64,000 nt of DNA from Picochlorum sp. SENEW3 (Eukaryota): positions 124,001 through 188,000 of the forward strand of contig CP120458.1 of NCBI GenBank assembly GCA_034226945.1, read 5' to 3'. Position numbers and translations under genes: made by a program. The notes beneath the pieces were generated by a model that searched no databases, was not told where the DNA came from, and saw nothing but the letters and a program-made list of their open reading frames with translations. How positions within the stretch are numbered: position 1 is the first letter of the stretch; each line of letters begins with the position of its first letter. This document shows positions 12,308 through 22,251 of the stretch, piece after piece.

Positions 12308-14321
12308 ATGTCCAATGAAGACAGTGCCGCCAGCAATTTCGTGCTCCCAGAGAAGTGGAGCGACGACATTGTCGACGAAAATGGCAACAAAATGAGCAAG
12401 AGGTACGTGATACAGATCAAAATGGGTAATGAAGACAATCAGGCTAATTATGATGCATATTATGGCCCTGTTGTGTTGAGAAGAGTATCTCACGTTGACT
12501 TGCATCCCTCTATTGCAGCGAGTTCAAAAAGCGTCACAAGATGCTTCTGAAGCAGAAAGAGCAAGCTGAGAAAAAGGTATGTTAAAACAGATTATATCAC
12601 TCGGATGGGGTATCGAGTGTATTATCTTATGAGTATGTTTCTGTTGACCTATTTTGCAGGCAAGGCAAGCTGCAGAAGCTGCTGCACGAGCTGCTGAGAA
12701 AGCTGCTAAAGGAGACGATGTCAAGCTGGAGGACGACGCTTCAGAAGAGACAGATCCGACCAAGTATTACGAAAACAGAGTCAAGACTGTTCTGGCAGCA
12801 AAAGAGAAGGGGGAGAATCCATATCCGCACAAGTTTCATGCCTCAATGCAGTTGCCAGCTTTTGTGGAAAAGTACAGCGATCTCGATGCAGGATCCAAAG
12901 CGCAAGATGCCAAAGTTTCGATTGCAGGGCGTATTATGAGAAAGGCAGCATCGGGTGCAAAGCTGATCTTCTTTGACCTGAGATCAGAAGGGGCAAAGGT
13001 GCAGATGATTTGTGATGCAAGGAGTTTTGAAGAGTCTGGCCTGGATGTGAAGGGCTTCCAATTACTAATGAATTCTGTAAAGCGAGGAGATATTGTTGGG
13101 GTAGAAGGATATCCAGGGAAATCAAAGAGAGGAGAACTGTCTGTGTTTCCAACATCACTGCAGGTGTTGGCCCCTTGTCTACACATGGCTCCGGGTGCAC
13201 ATTTCGGGCTCAAAGACCAAGAGACACGGTATAGACAAAGGTATCTGGATTTAATTATGAATCCAAGAGTGGCTGATGTGTTTCGTGTTCGTTCAAGAGT
13301 GATTGAAGGGGTCAGGTCATTCTTGAATGAGCGAGGCTTCCTCGAAGTTGAGACACCCATGATGAACATGATTCCAGGAGGTGCCACTGCCAAGCCGTTC
13401 ATCACATACCATAATGACTTGGATATGCAATTGTATATGCGAGTCGCTCCTGAATTGTATTTGAAAATGCTGGTTGTGGGTGGGATGGACAGAGTGTATG
13501 AGATTGGCAAGCAATTCAGAAATGAGGGCATTGATATGACACACAATCCAGAGTTCACTACATGCGAATTCTATCAGGCATATGCAGACTATAATGACTT
13601 GATGAAGATGACGGAGGAAATGATCTCTGGGATGGTCAAGAAGATCACAGGAGGTTACAAAGTCGTGTATCACCCAGAAGGACCAGATGGACCTGTGAAT
13701 GAGGTGGATTTCACTCCACCGTTTAGGAGAATTTCCATGTGCTCAGGACTTGAAGAAGCGCTTAACGTTACGCTTCCTAAAGACTTGGACTCTGAAGAAG
13801 CAAGAGAGTTCCTGATTGAACTCTGCGAAAAACACGAGATTGACTGTCCTTCTCCCAAGACAACTGCCAGACTCTTGGATAAATTGGTGGGGGAATACCT
13901 CGAATCCCAGTGCGTAAATCCAACCTTCATTTGCGACCACCCACAAATTATGTCACCTTTGGCGAAATGGCATCGCGATCTCCCAGGAATGACCGAGAGA
14001 TTCGAGTTGTTTGTCAACACGAAAGAGGTTGCCAATGCATACACAGAGTTGAATGACCCCATCCGGCAGCGAGAACTATTCTCCCAACAGGCCGCTGCGA
14101 AAGCGGAGGGCGACGATGAGGCCATGTTTATTGATGAAAACTTTTGCACAGCGTTGGAGTATGGGCTTCCACCAACAGGAGGATGGGGATTCGGTATTGA
14201 CAGATTTACAATGTTCCTCACTGACAATAATAACATCAAGGAAGTGTTGTTATTCCCAGCAATGAAGCCTGAAGTCTCGCACGTCCCAAACTCCTCGGAT
14301 GTCGTCTCAATGGTACGATAG
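12308..14321 (+). CDS. KARS: Cytosolic class II lysyl-tRNA synthetase, 3 exons
   Basis: OB fold (AGRIM..KLIFFDL), [33 protein letters not shown] and [15 protein letters not shown]. Two short 5' exons are joined by GT-AG introns. Confidence 0.97.
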
Positions 14322-14436
14322 TCTAGTCTACAATTTGTTCATGACCATGTTGACCTCACTCGTGTTTTATGCTTGCAGTCCACTCAATAAAATATTTTAT
14401 TCAGCATATGTCAAGAACATGTTTCATTATTTTTGA

Positions 14437-15465
14437 CTAATTCTTGACATCAACGAGTTCAACCTCAAAGACGAGAGTGCTATTGGCAGGTATTGGACCC
14501 ACTTTGCTGCCCCCATATCCCATTTGCGGCGGTACCACCAACTTTCTCTTATCACCCACTCGCATTCCCTCCACGCCTCTATCCCATCCCTTGATAACCT
14601 CCCCAACACCAAGTCTAAACTGAAATGTCTTCTTCCCCTTGGTTTGATCAAATATTTTCCCGTTCAAAAGTTTACCTATATAGCGAACAGACACACGTTT
14701 ACCAGGCTTGGCAAGCTTGCCAGAACCACCTCCCTGATGAAGTTCGTGTATCTCAAATCCGTTGGGATACTTTTTCGACTTTGTCTTAGCAACAGGCTCC
14801 TCTTGTTTTGGCTTTTTCTGCGCCTCGCGCGTATCCTCCTTTGCCTTTCTCTTTGCCTTCTTGTCCTCAGCTGTTGCCTTTTCTTTCCTTGCCTTTTCTG
14901 CTGGCTTCTCATCAACATCATCATGATCCGTCACATCCTCAATAATCACCTTTTTGTTCTTCTTCTCTGGTACAATATCATCGTCTTCTTCTTCTTCTTC
15001 TTCTTCCTCGTCGCTATCAATCTCATCAGAATCATCAGAACCATCATCCATGTAAATTGGAAGACCTTCGGCATCATAGCCTAACAATGCTGGATTCATC
15101 GTCGCTTCTTCGAAAGCATCATCGAATTCATCGTCGTCGTCTTCATCAGAGAATCCTTCGACCCCGTTATCGTCTCTCGGCATGAGATATCCCGTCAAAT
15201 GAATGCTTGCCGAACCCACCACTGAGAACTCAGAGTAGTCCTCCAGAAGAAGATCCAGAGACACACTCTCTGTCCCTCCTTCCCGGAGTGAACAGACTGC
15301 ATATGGCCCCTCATCGCTTGATTTCAACAGCAACACAGCTTTTGCTCCCTTCTTCGCCTCGGGATCCAAACAAGCCTGAGAGACATGCAACAAAATGTCG
15401 CCGTCTGCAGGAGGAACATAGGCAGATTCTTTCGATTTGGTCACTTTACAACCCCAAAATGTCAT
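14437..15465 (-). CDS. Nucleoplasmin-like FKBP peptidyl-prolyl isomerase (FKBP53/Fpr3-4 type)
   Basis: N-terminal FWG..LHVSQACL NPL domain, acidic and basic linkers, and a C-terminal FKBP domain (VRYIGKL.NGKIFD..VIKGWD.GV.GM.VG.KRKL.VPP.MGYG). Confidence 0.9.
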   Translation of the reverse strand: MTFWGCKVTKSKESAYVPPADGDILLHVSQACLDPEAKKGAKAVLLLKSSDEGPYAVCSLREGGTESVSLDLLLEDYSEFSVVGSASIHLTGYLMPRDDNGVEGFSDEDDDDEFDDAFEEATMNPALLGYDAEGLPIYMDDGSDDSDEIDSDEEEEEEEEDDDIVPEKKNKKVIIEDVTDHDDVDEKPAEKARKEKATAEDKKAKRKAKEDTREAQKKPKQEEPVAKTKSKKYPNGFEIHELHQGGGSGKLAKPGKRVSVRYIGKLLNGKIFDQTKGKKTFQFRLGVGEVIKGWDRGVEGMRVGDKRKLVVPPQMGYGGSKVGPIPANSTLVFEVELVDVKN

Positions 15466-15676
15466 GATCACAACTGCATACATATTTAATGAGCATTATT
15501 TTTTGGCATGGCATAAATATGGTATTTGGTCCGTCACATGGACATGCATGTGCAAACTTGTTCCAACTCTATTCTCGCAACGTACCCGTCAGGAGCGAAT
15601 CTGTCTATTCCTTTTTAAATTTTAAATATATATTACTACAGATTCCTCAATCACAGCGGGGAGAGAGAGATGCCAA

Positions 15677-16852
15677 TCACAGCTGCTCAAGCAACTTTTG
15701 TCCCATCTCTTTGCATCCAACCTGCTTGCACCCGTCCTGCATGATATCTCCAGTGCGATATCCAAGATCAAGGACTCCAGTCACTGCTGCCTCGAGATGG
15801 TCTGCAACCTTTGGAAGATCAAGGCCATATCGGCACATCATTGCAGCTGAGAGGACCATGGCCAGAGGATTTGCCAAATCCTGTCCAGCAATGTCAGGAG
15901 CTGATCCATGCACTGGCTCAAAGATACCTGGACCATCATCAGAAATGGATGCCGATGGAAGCATTCCCAAGGACCCAGTGAGCATGGATGCCTCATCAGA
16001 CAGAATATCTCCAAAAATATTTCCAGTGACAATGGTGTCAAACGACTTGGGATTACGGATGAGCTGCATAGCAGCATTATCAATGTACATGTGAGACAGG
16101 TCAACGTCTGGATACTCCTTCTCTCCAAGGGCAGTCACACTCTCTCTCCACAATCTGGACACCTCCAGAACATTGCTCTTATCCACCGAACACAATCTAC
16201 TGTTTCTTTTTCTCGCAGCTTCGAAGGCTACTCGGGCAATCCTTTGGACTTCAGACTCGCTATATACATCTGTATTGTACCCTATCCTCTCCCCATTCCT
16301 CTCTTCAATACCTCGTGGCTCTCCAAAGTAGATTCCTCCAACCAATTCCCTCACAATGAGAATATCCACCCCCTCCACCACTTCTCTCTTCAACGTAGAT
16401 GCATCAGCAAGCTGAGGAAGCACAATAGCAGGGCGCAGGTTGGCGAATGCATTCAAAGACGCACGCAGCCTCAGCAAGCCCTTCTCTGGCTTCATATCAT
16501 ATGGAAGATCGTCCCACTTGTATCCACCGATCGCCGCCAACAACACCGCATCACTCGCCTTGCAAAGATCCTCAGTTTCCTTTGGGTATGGATTATTGGC
16601 AGCATCAACCGCCGCACCCCCAATCAAAGCTTCAGTACACTCGAATGTCTCCCCTTCCTTCTTTCCAGCCTCTCTGAGAACCTCAAGGGCAACAGACATG
16701 ATTTCAGGCCCGATTCCATCCCCAGGAAGAACAGTAATGTTATGAGTAGCATGCATCGGGGCCACAATCACTCGCCTCTGTGCATTCCAATGCCGCCGAG
16801 ACATGGCCTGACCAATGCCGACATGGCTCTTCGCTGTTGATTTCATCATCAT
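15677..16852 (-). CDS. leuB: 3-isopropylmalate dehydrogenase, plastid-targeted
   Basis: [46 protein letters not shown] and [13 protein letters not shown] motifs, plus a transit peptide. Confidence 0.97.
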   Translation of the reverse strand: MMMKSTAKSHVGIGQAMSRRHWNAQRRVIVAPMHATHNITVLPGDGIGPEIMSVALEVLREAGKKEGETFECTEALIGGAAVDAANNPYPKETEDLCKASDAVLLAAIGGYKWDDLPYDMKPEKGLLRLRASLNAFANLRPAIVLPQLADASTLKREVVEGVDILIVRELVGGIYFGEPRGIEERNGERIGYNTDVYSESEVQRIARVAFEAARKRNSRLCSVDKSNVLEVSRLWRESVTALGEKEYPDVDLSHMYIDNAAMQLIRNPKSFDTIVTGNIFGDILSDEASMLTGSLGMLPSASISDDGPGIFEPVHGSAPDIAGQDLANPLAMVLSAAMMCRYGLDLPKVADHLEAAVTGVLDLGYRTGDIMQDGCKQVGCKEMGQKLLEQL

Positions 16853-16884
16853 GGAAAATTACATTAATTGCTTATTATTATGTG

Positions 16885-17066
16885 ATGCAGCCACATGGTG
16901 CATGAGATCAGCCATCCCTCGCATCGGAACATGGTACTCCAGTCCAGTGTCCTGTGATATTCGACCACCCTGGAAGGACATGGGCTTGTTCAGGCAGAAT
17001 GCCACCAAATCCCATGGCACTTTATCAGTCATTGTTGATGCAATCTACAGCATCCATTTGGGAGCT
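16885..17066 (-). pseudogene. Orphan 182-bp copy of the 3' end of the NAD-dependent reductase gene (left direct repeat of the McrBC island)
   Basis: Aligns ungapped to 21171-21352 with 9 mismatches by my count (~95% identity). Confidence 0.95.
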
Positions 17067-17372
17067 ACATGATCTTACTATTTTAATTTAATGTATCGAT
17101 GTGGAGTTTTTCTGATCCAGGAAATGCAGGAAGGAAAAAGATGGAAATGCATGCATCACAGGAAAGTAGCCAAGAAAAACTGCATACTGTGAATCCTCTT
17201 TCAGTATTCTATGACTTGAGGTTTGCATGATATCATTGATTAGAAGGAAAAAGGGAAACACAATCATTTAGAGTCAAATTTATTCCACAAAAGCATAGAT
17301 GTTCTCCTGTATGATGGCCATGCATTTGGTGTGCTATTCCTTCCTGGAGATGTGTCAGATACTGAACAACAT

Positions 17373-19187
17373 CTACAGACGAGCAGCAGCGCTTGAAATT
17401 TGATCGTAAAAGTGCCTTATGATTTTGTTGAGTTTTACTTTGCCTTCGTCGTTTGACACATCATCAAATGTTATAATTGGTTGAGTGCCTGATCCTTTGA
17501 TGAATTTCGACACACCCCCTGATGACGAGGCTAGATTCCTCGTCCGATCATCATCGATTTGACTGATATTGTTTACTACTGGTATCACAGGATATATGGC
17601 TCTTCTAGTGTTGAAACTAGGATTGCTATATACATTGACTGGGCCATTCTCTGGCTGTCCTGCAACCAAGTAGATTGTTCGCAGTGTTGTGCTGTTTGGA
17701 CTCTTAAAATAGTCAAAAATGAGGTCTTTTCCTCTTTTTAGTGTTCCGTCTCGCTCTGGATCCACATAACTATTTCGGGCCACGAACCGGTCTTGCTGTC
17801 TCAAGGCCTCCCATTCTTTATCAGTGTGCTCATCATGCACTGACAATAGTACCCTGTAATCAGAAACAAGAGAAAATAAAGCATTTTCGGAATCTGTTAT
17901 CGGAACCAATTCTCTATTTCGCCGCTTCACTTCTGATACCAGTTTTCCAGGCATGATTCTGATTGGTCTGCGACGCTCTGTCTGTCTTGGTAAATCATTG
18001 TCATACCACTGTATTCTCCACCTCCTCATGATATCCCAGATCAGCTCATCAATGCTTGCCCCTGTATACCTCAAGGATAGACTACTCCTCAAGTTAGGCT
18101 CAATGTAATCATATGGATATCTATTCGGCAGCTCCAGAGAGAATATACTCTCGTCCAGGACAACTCTGGCTCCCACAAGTCTGTTTCCCCTCAATGCTGG
18201 ATCAACCATGAAGTCTGCAGTCTCACCCATAAAGTCGTCCCTGCATGGGTTGCCCGTCAAGATGATTCGAAAATTAGATGGAATGAAGTATAGATCATCA
18301 GGTGTAGTCGCCTGCCCCACATTGCCTTGCAAGATGTGAGGTCCCCAGTCATCCCTGTTATCCTCCATTTCCTGCCAGCTGTCTGGTCCATACGCCCTGA
18401 GCTCCTCCTCAAAGAAGTTTCCCAGCAGAGACATGAAATCACTCACTCTATTCCATTCATGTAGAATAAACACGTATCGAGAGTCGGGATGCGCACGGGC
18501 GTCGCGGATTATCGTAGACACAGGCCCCAAGTACTCCTGGCCATTGTGCATGTATCTGAACAGACGTTGCTCTGTCAAGGTGTTGCATCCATTGGTCACG
18601 ATCAGGTACCCACTATTGCTGTTGTTGGCTTCGGATATGTACATCATTGCTATTTGCTCCACCAGGGTCGTCTTACCGCTCCCTGCTCTTCCCTCAACGA
18701 GCATGATGCGATTATTCACCAGGTGATCAAAGTATGCTTTCAGGAAGGTTCTGCACCTGAGCTTTTGCTCATCCAAGTCATCCTCTCTCAAATAAAAGAG
18801 TTTTTCTCCGATGAAATCGAATTTATCGTCTTCGTGAGCAAGGTCAAGCAAGGTTTGACATGGTCGGCCCACTCTGCAAAAGGAGTGAATATCTAGAAGG
18901 AAAGTTCTTGCATTCTGGTCACCATGTGGTGCATGCGCATGTCCCTGTTGATGATGGGGCAAGCCCTCAATTTGGTCAGGCGTCACCACATTCGGCGGGT
19001 ATCTCCCCCCTCTTGGAGGACCTTCATCAGTTCTTGGCCTTACGTTGCGGCGAGGAGGAGGATCCGCTGCACCATGATGACGGTCATCATTCGCCTCTGC
19101 AGAGGCCCCAGCTGGGGCAACCCTCGCAGGTCGCCTCTGCCCAGAAACACCTTGAGAAGTGCCTGCACGCTCTCCGTCGCTCATCAT
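17373..19187 (-). CDS. McrB-like AAA+ GTPase (604 aa, intronless)
   Basis: Walker A IMLVEGRAGSGKT, McrB-type Walker B region YVFILHEWNR (canonical hhhhDEINR), IPSNFRIILTGNPCRDD (cf. lPeNl.iigTmNxxD) and DPALRGNRL (cf. D.AlrRRF). Confidence 0.75.
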   Translation of the reverse strand: MMSDGERAGTSQGVSGQRRPARVAPAGASAEANDDRHHGAADPPPRRNVRPRTDEGPPRGGRYPPNVVTPDQIEGLPHHQQGHAHAPHGDQNARTFLLDIHSFCRVGRPCQTLLDLAHEDDKFDFIGEKLFYLREDDLDEQKLRCRTFLKAYFDHLVNNRIMLVEGRAGSGKTTLVEQIAMMYISEANNSNSGYLIVTNGCNTLTEQRLFRYMHNGQEYLGPVSTIIRDARAHPDSRYVFILHEWNRVSDFMSLLGNFFEEELRAYGPDSWQEMEDNRDDWGPHILQGNVGQATTPDDLYFIPSNFRIILTGNPCRDDFMGETADFMVDPALRGNRLVGARVVLDESIFSLELPNRYPYDYIEPNLRSSLSLRYTGASIDELIWDIMRRWRIQWYDNDLPRQTERRRPIRIMPGKLVSEVKRRNRELVPITDSENALFSLVSDYRVLLSVHDEHTDKEWEALRQQDRFVARNSYVDPERDGTLKRGKDLIFDYFKSPNSTTLRTIYLVAGQPENGPVNVYSNPSFNTRRAIYPVIPVVNNISQIDDDRTRNLASSSGGVSKFIKGSGTQPIITFDDVSNDEGKVKLNKIIRHFYDQISSAAARL

Positions 19188-19675
19188 TACTTTTCCTCAA
19201 ATATCTCTTTCAAACTAGGATGTCTCGAAATATTTCTAGAATCGGTCCTCTCGAGACAGAGAAGAGGCCTTATTGTGGACCCCAGAAAATCACGACTGTA
19301 TTCTCTCCGGGATCGTTGCTTTCCCTTCTTCAATGTAACCACCAAGTGGTCCTTGCAAGGAAAGGAAAAAAAAAAGCAAGATACTTGCGATGCTGCTTTG
19401 AAGGGTGACGGAATACAGTGGTATACCAAAATTTTATTTGATTCCGTTGCTGTGGGGTGCCTGATTTAAAGCCGCTCTTGCCCCTACGCCTTTCTGAATG
19501 TCCCATCAAACCTGGATTCAGTGGGTGGTTGAGACTCGGTTTAGTCCCCCCCGGTACCGGGTCTAATCCAGTGTGGCGTGTGGTCTTCTATAGAATGTAA
19601 ATATGAGAAAGCCCGCATCAACAATTCCCAAAAACGAAATTCCTGATTTCTCGCCACATCTGGCTATACTTCGTA

Positions 19676-21010
19676 ATGGTCATCGTAAATTTTGAGGAGA
19701 GATTGAATAGACTATATTGGGCATACTCAAGCAGGTATGCTGCAGACGAGGAGAGTCTGGAGATGGATGATATGGAAAGGGATCTCGATATTGCAAGCAG
19801 AAATGATCCAAGGACAAATCCAAATAATCCACCAAGAACCAGATGGTGCGGAGCGGTTTTTGAACCAACCTCCTTCACATACATAAGCATCTTAGGAAAC
19901 GCATATAATGGGTACATTCAGCAAGAAGTCATCAACAGCTGGGTGAGGCATTCTGATATTACCCTGGATATACAAGAGCTTGGAGTTGCTTCGTACAAGG
20001 ATACTATAGAGTCAATATGCACAAATATCACAAACTCTGGGCCGCTTCCACGCTCAAGGCCTGAATATGTCCTTGGGGCTGCCAGGTATCCCCTCGGTGC
20101 CATCATCCACGGTCAAACTCTACCAACCGGTGAAAACGTGCAGCTGATACCTTCGATCAGAAGAAACACAAAAGTATGGATGTGTGTTCGCGCGTGTCTA
20201 CGATTGCTATGGAGAAGGCTATGTGAGGAACACGCTGCCTGCCAGCTAATACATGGTGGTCGATTGGAAGGGGATGTAGAAGCCGCTTGGCAAACCCTTC
20301 GAGATTTGGTTGCATCAACTGAGTATGGTTTACGATTGCGGGGTGTTACCAAAACGATAGGAGAAGAGAATGCTACCGAACTGTTGAGTCAAATATTGCA
20401 GAGATGGCAGGGTGCTCATGCACACAGGAGCATTTTGGAGGACTTGAAAATGGTCTTGTCCGGGGAACATGCATCTAATAGAATGTTAGATGTTGAATCC
20501 ATTCCACCTCGTATCAATCCAGAGTACCTCGTATGGGGTCCTCATCTCTTTGAGAAAGCACTCAAAAGAGAAATCTCTGACCAGCTAGCTACAAACAATA
20601 ATGAATTCAGGGTGCGTGGTAGCCCTGTAAACTTTGACTGCGTGCATGACAGTACCATTCGTCTTCGACCAGATATTGTGATAGAGTCAAGCGAGACACA
20701 GGGAAGAATCTTAGGGTGCATCGATGCCAAATTGTACAGAGAGATAGACAGGTCAGACACCTTTGCATTTGGGTTGAAAATGGATGTGTACCTCTCGTCG
20801 TGTGAGCGAATTAATCGAAGCGAACGAAAGCTTAAAGGCGTGACATTTGTGGGCCTGTATGGAGAATCTGACCAAACAGATAATCACGCATGGGAAAGAG
20901 GACATCATATGATTTGTTGCCTTCACTTGTATGATAAAAACTTACGAGAAGTTCAGGAAGACTTTGTTGATACGGTTAGAAATGCATTGCGATTTTTACA
21001 AGTATTATAG
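19676..21010 (+). CDS. McrC-like PD-(D/E)xK nuclease (444 aa, intronless)
   Basis: C-terminal LFEKAL ... IRLRPDIVIE ... CIDAKLY ... D...KMDVY matches the McrC pattern lFE..v / lrPDiv / iiDaKYk / D.yQm.aY in order and spacing. Confidence 0.72.
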   Translation: MVIVNFEERLNRLYWAYSSRYAADEESLEMDDMERDLDIASRNDPRTNPNNPPRTRWCGAVFEPTSFTYISILGNAYNGYIQQEVINSWVRHSDITLDIQELGVASYKDTIESICTNITNSGPLPRSRPEYVLGAARYPLGAIIHGQTLPTGENVQLIPSIRRNTKVWMCVRACLRLLWRRLCEEHAACQLIHGGRLEGDVEAAWQTLRDLVASTEYGLRLRGVTKTIGEENATELLSQILQRWQGAHAHRSILEDLKMVLSGEHASNRMLDVESIPPRINPEYLVWGPHLFEKALKREISDQLATNNNEFRVRGSPVNFDCVHDSTIRLRPDIVIESSETQGRILGCIDAKLYREIDRSDTFAFGLKMDVYLSSCERINRSERKLKGVTFVGLYGESDQTDNHAWERGHHMICCLHLYDKNLREVQEDFVDTVRNALRFLQVL

Positions 21011-21168
21011 CAATGATCGCATTACAACTTTGACCAAAAAATGATGTTTTGTCAACCAATAGAAGAAGAAAAACATTGCACTCTGTAGAGTCTCTATGAA
21101 GACTGACAGATGGATATCTAGAGCATAAACCTTCAATTGAAAACACAGAAGTACTACTACTGTAGTAT

Positions 21169-22251
21169 CTATGCACCCACATGGTGCATGAGATCAGCCA
21201 TCCCTCGCATCGGATCATGGTACTCCAGTCCAGTATCCTGTGATATTCGACCACCCTGGAAGGACATGGGCTTGTTCAGGCAGGATGCCACCAAATCCCA
21301 CGGCACTTTATCAGTCATCTTTGATGCAATCCACAACATCCATTTGGGAGCTCCTAGTCTAGGGAGTCGATGCTTTGGAAATTCCTGTCGAAGAGATTGG
21401 ATCACATCCCTCATCCCCAAGCTATGCTGTCCATGGGCCAGAATGTAACGACCATGACAGTTGCTATTCATAGCAACCAAGATGTGCGCCGACGCTACGT
21501 CATCCAAATCCACATATGGAAAGTGATAGTTGGGTATACATGGCCACAGCTTCCCTTTCATCAACAGCGTCGCAAACTCGACCAACTCGCTCTTCACCTG
21601 CGTGACTGGTGGCCCCACAACAAACCCTGGAAGAAGGACCACCAACCTCCATGGTTTTCTACTGCCACCATCCTTCTGACTCTCATTATATAAATCCCAC
21701 GCCCTCTTTTCCGCCAAGACTTTGCTATACGCATACGGAAACTTGGACAGAGATGCCACCTCATCCCAATCTTCCTCTGTATACACATGATCAGCCCCCC
21801 GCTCCCAATTATCCCCATGCACCGCCGACAACGACCCCGTATACACCAATGTATCCACTGTCCCTGATCTCTCTATAGCTCCAACCACATGCTCCACCCC
21901 CTCCACAGCAGGGCGAATCATCTCCTCCTCCACCTGCCCCCGAGCAACCCTCACCGTCACCGGAGAGGCCACATGGATGACCACATCACACCCACGCACA
22001 GCCTCATCAAACGACCCCTGCTCTCTTAAATCTGCTTGAAATAGTTGTAATCGATCCTTGGCTCCATCCATCGCCCTCATGGTATCGTATCGAGTGTCTT
22101 TTGGATTGCTTCGAACGGTTCCATGAACCTTATGCCCAGCACGCAGTAATCTCTCAACAATAGCCCCACCGATATACCCACTGGCACCAGTCACACAGAA
22201 TAATCTTTTATGTGTGGCATTGGATTCATCTGGATAGAGTGGAAGTCTCAT
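21169..22251 (-). CDS. NAD-dependent epimerase/dehydratase, dihydroflavonol-4-reductase / cinnamoyl-CoA reductase-like
   Basis: CVTGASGYIG Rossmann motif, HVASPV, YAYSKVLAEK (YxxxK) and VDLDDVASAH. Confidence 0.9.
   Translation of the reverse strand: MRLPLYPDESNATHKRLFCVTGASGYIGGAIVERLLRAGHKVHGTVRSNPKDTRYDTMRAMDGAKDRLQLFQADLREQGSFDEAVRGCDVVIHVASPVTVRVARGQVEEEMIRPAVEGVEHVVGAIERSGTVDTLVYTGSLSAVHGDNWERGADHVYTEEDWDEVASLSKFPYAYSKVLAEKRAWDLYNESQKDGGSRKPWRLVVLLPGFVVGPPVTQVKSELVEFATLLMKGKLWPCIPNYHFPYVDLDDVASAHILVAMNSNCHGRYILAHGQHSLGMRDVIQSLRQEFPKHRLPRLGAPKWMLWIASKMTDKVPWDLVASCLNKPMSFQGGRISQDTGLEYHDPMRGMADLMHHVGA

Noticed and set aside
15908..16840. Long antisense ORFs over leuB, LysRS, CCT5, MOR1 and the WD40 gene
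   Set aside because: They are shadow frames of well-supported genes and show no protein motifs.
17067..21170. Bacterial contamination or chimeric assembly as the explanation for the McrBC-like genes
   Set aside because: The genes are divergent rather than operonic and are flanked on both sides by diverged copies of a host gene segment, which fits a real, aged insertion. Read-level confirmation is still needed.
17067..21170. Autonomous transposon or integrative element
   Set aside because: I found no integrase, DDE transposase or RT motifs and no terminal inverted repeats within the island.
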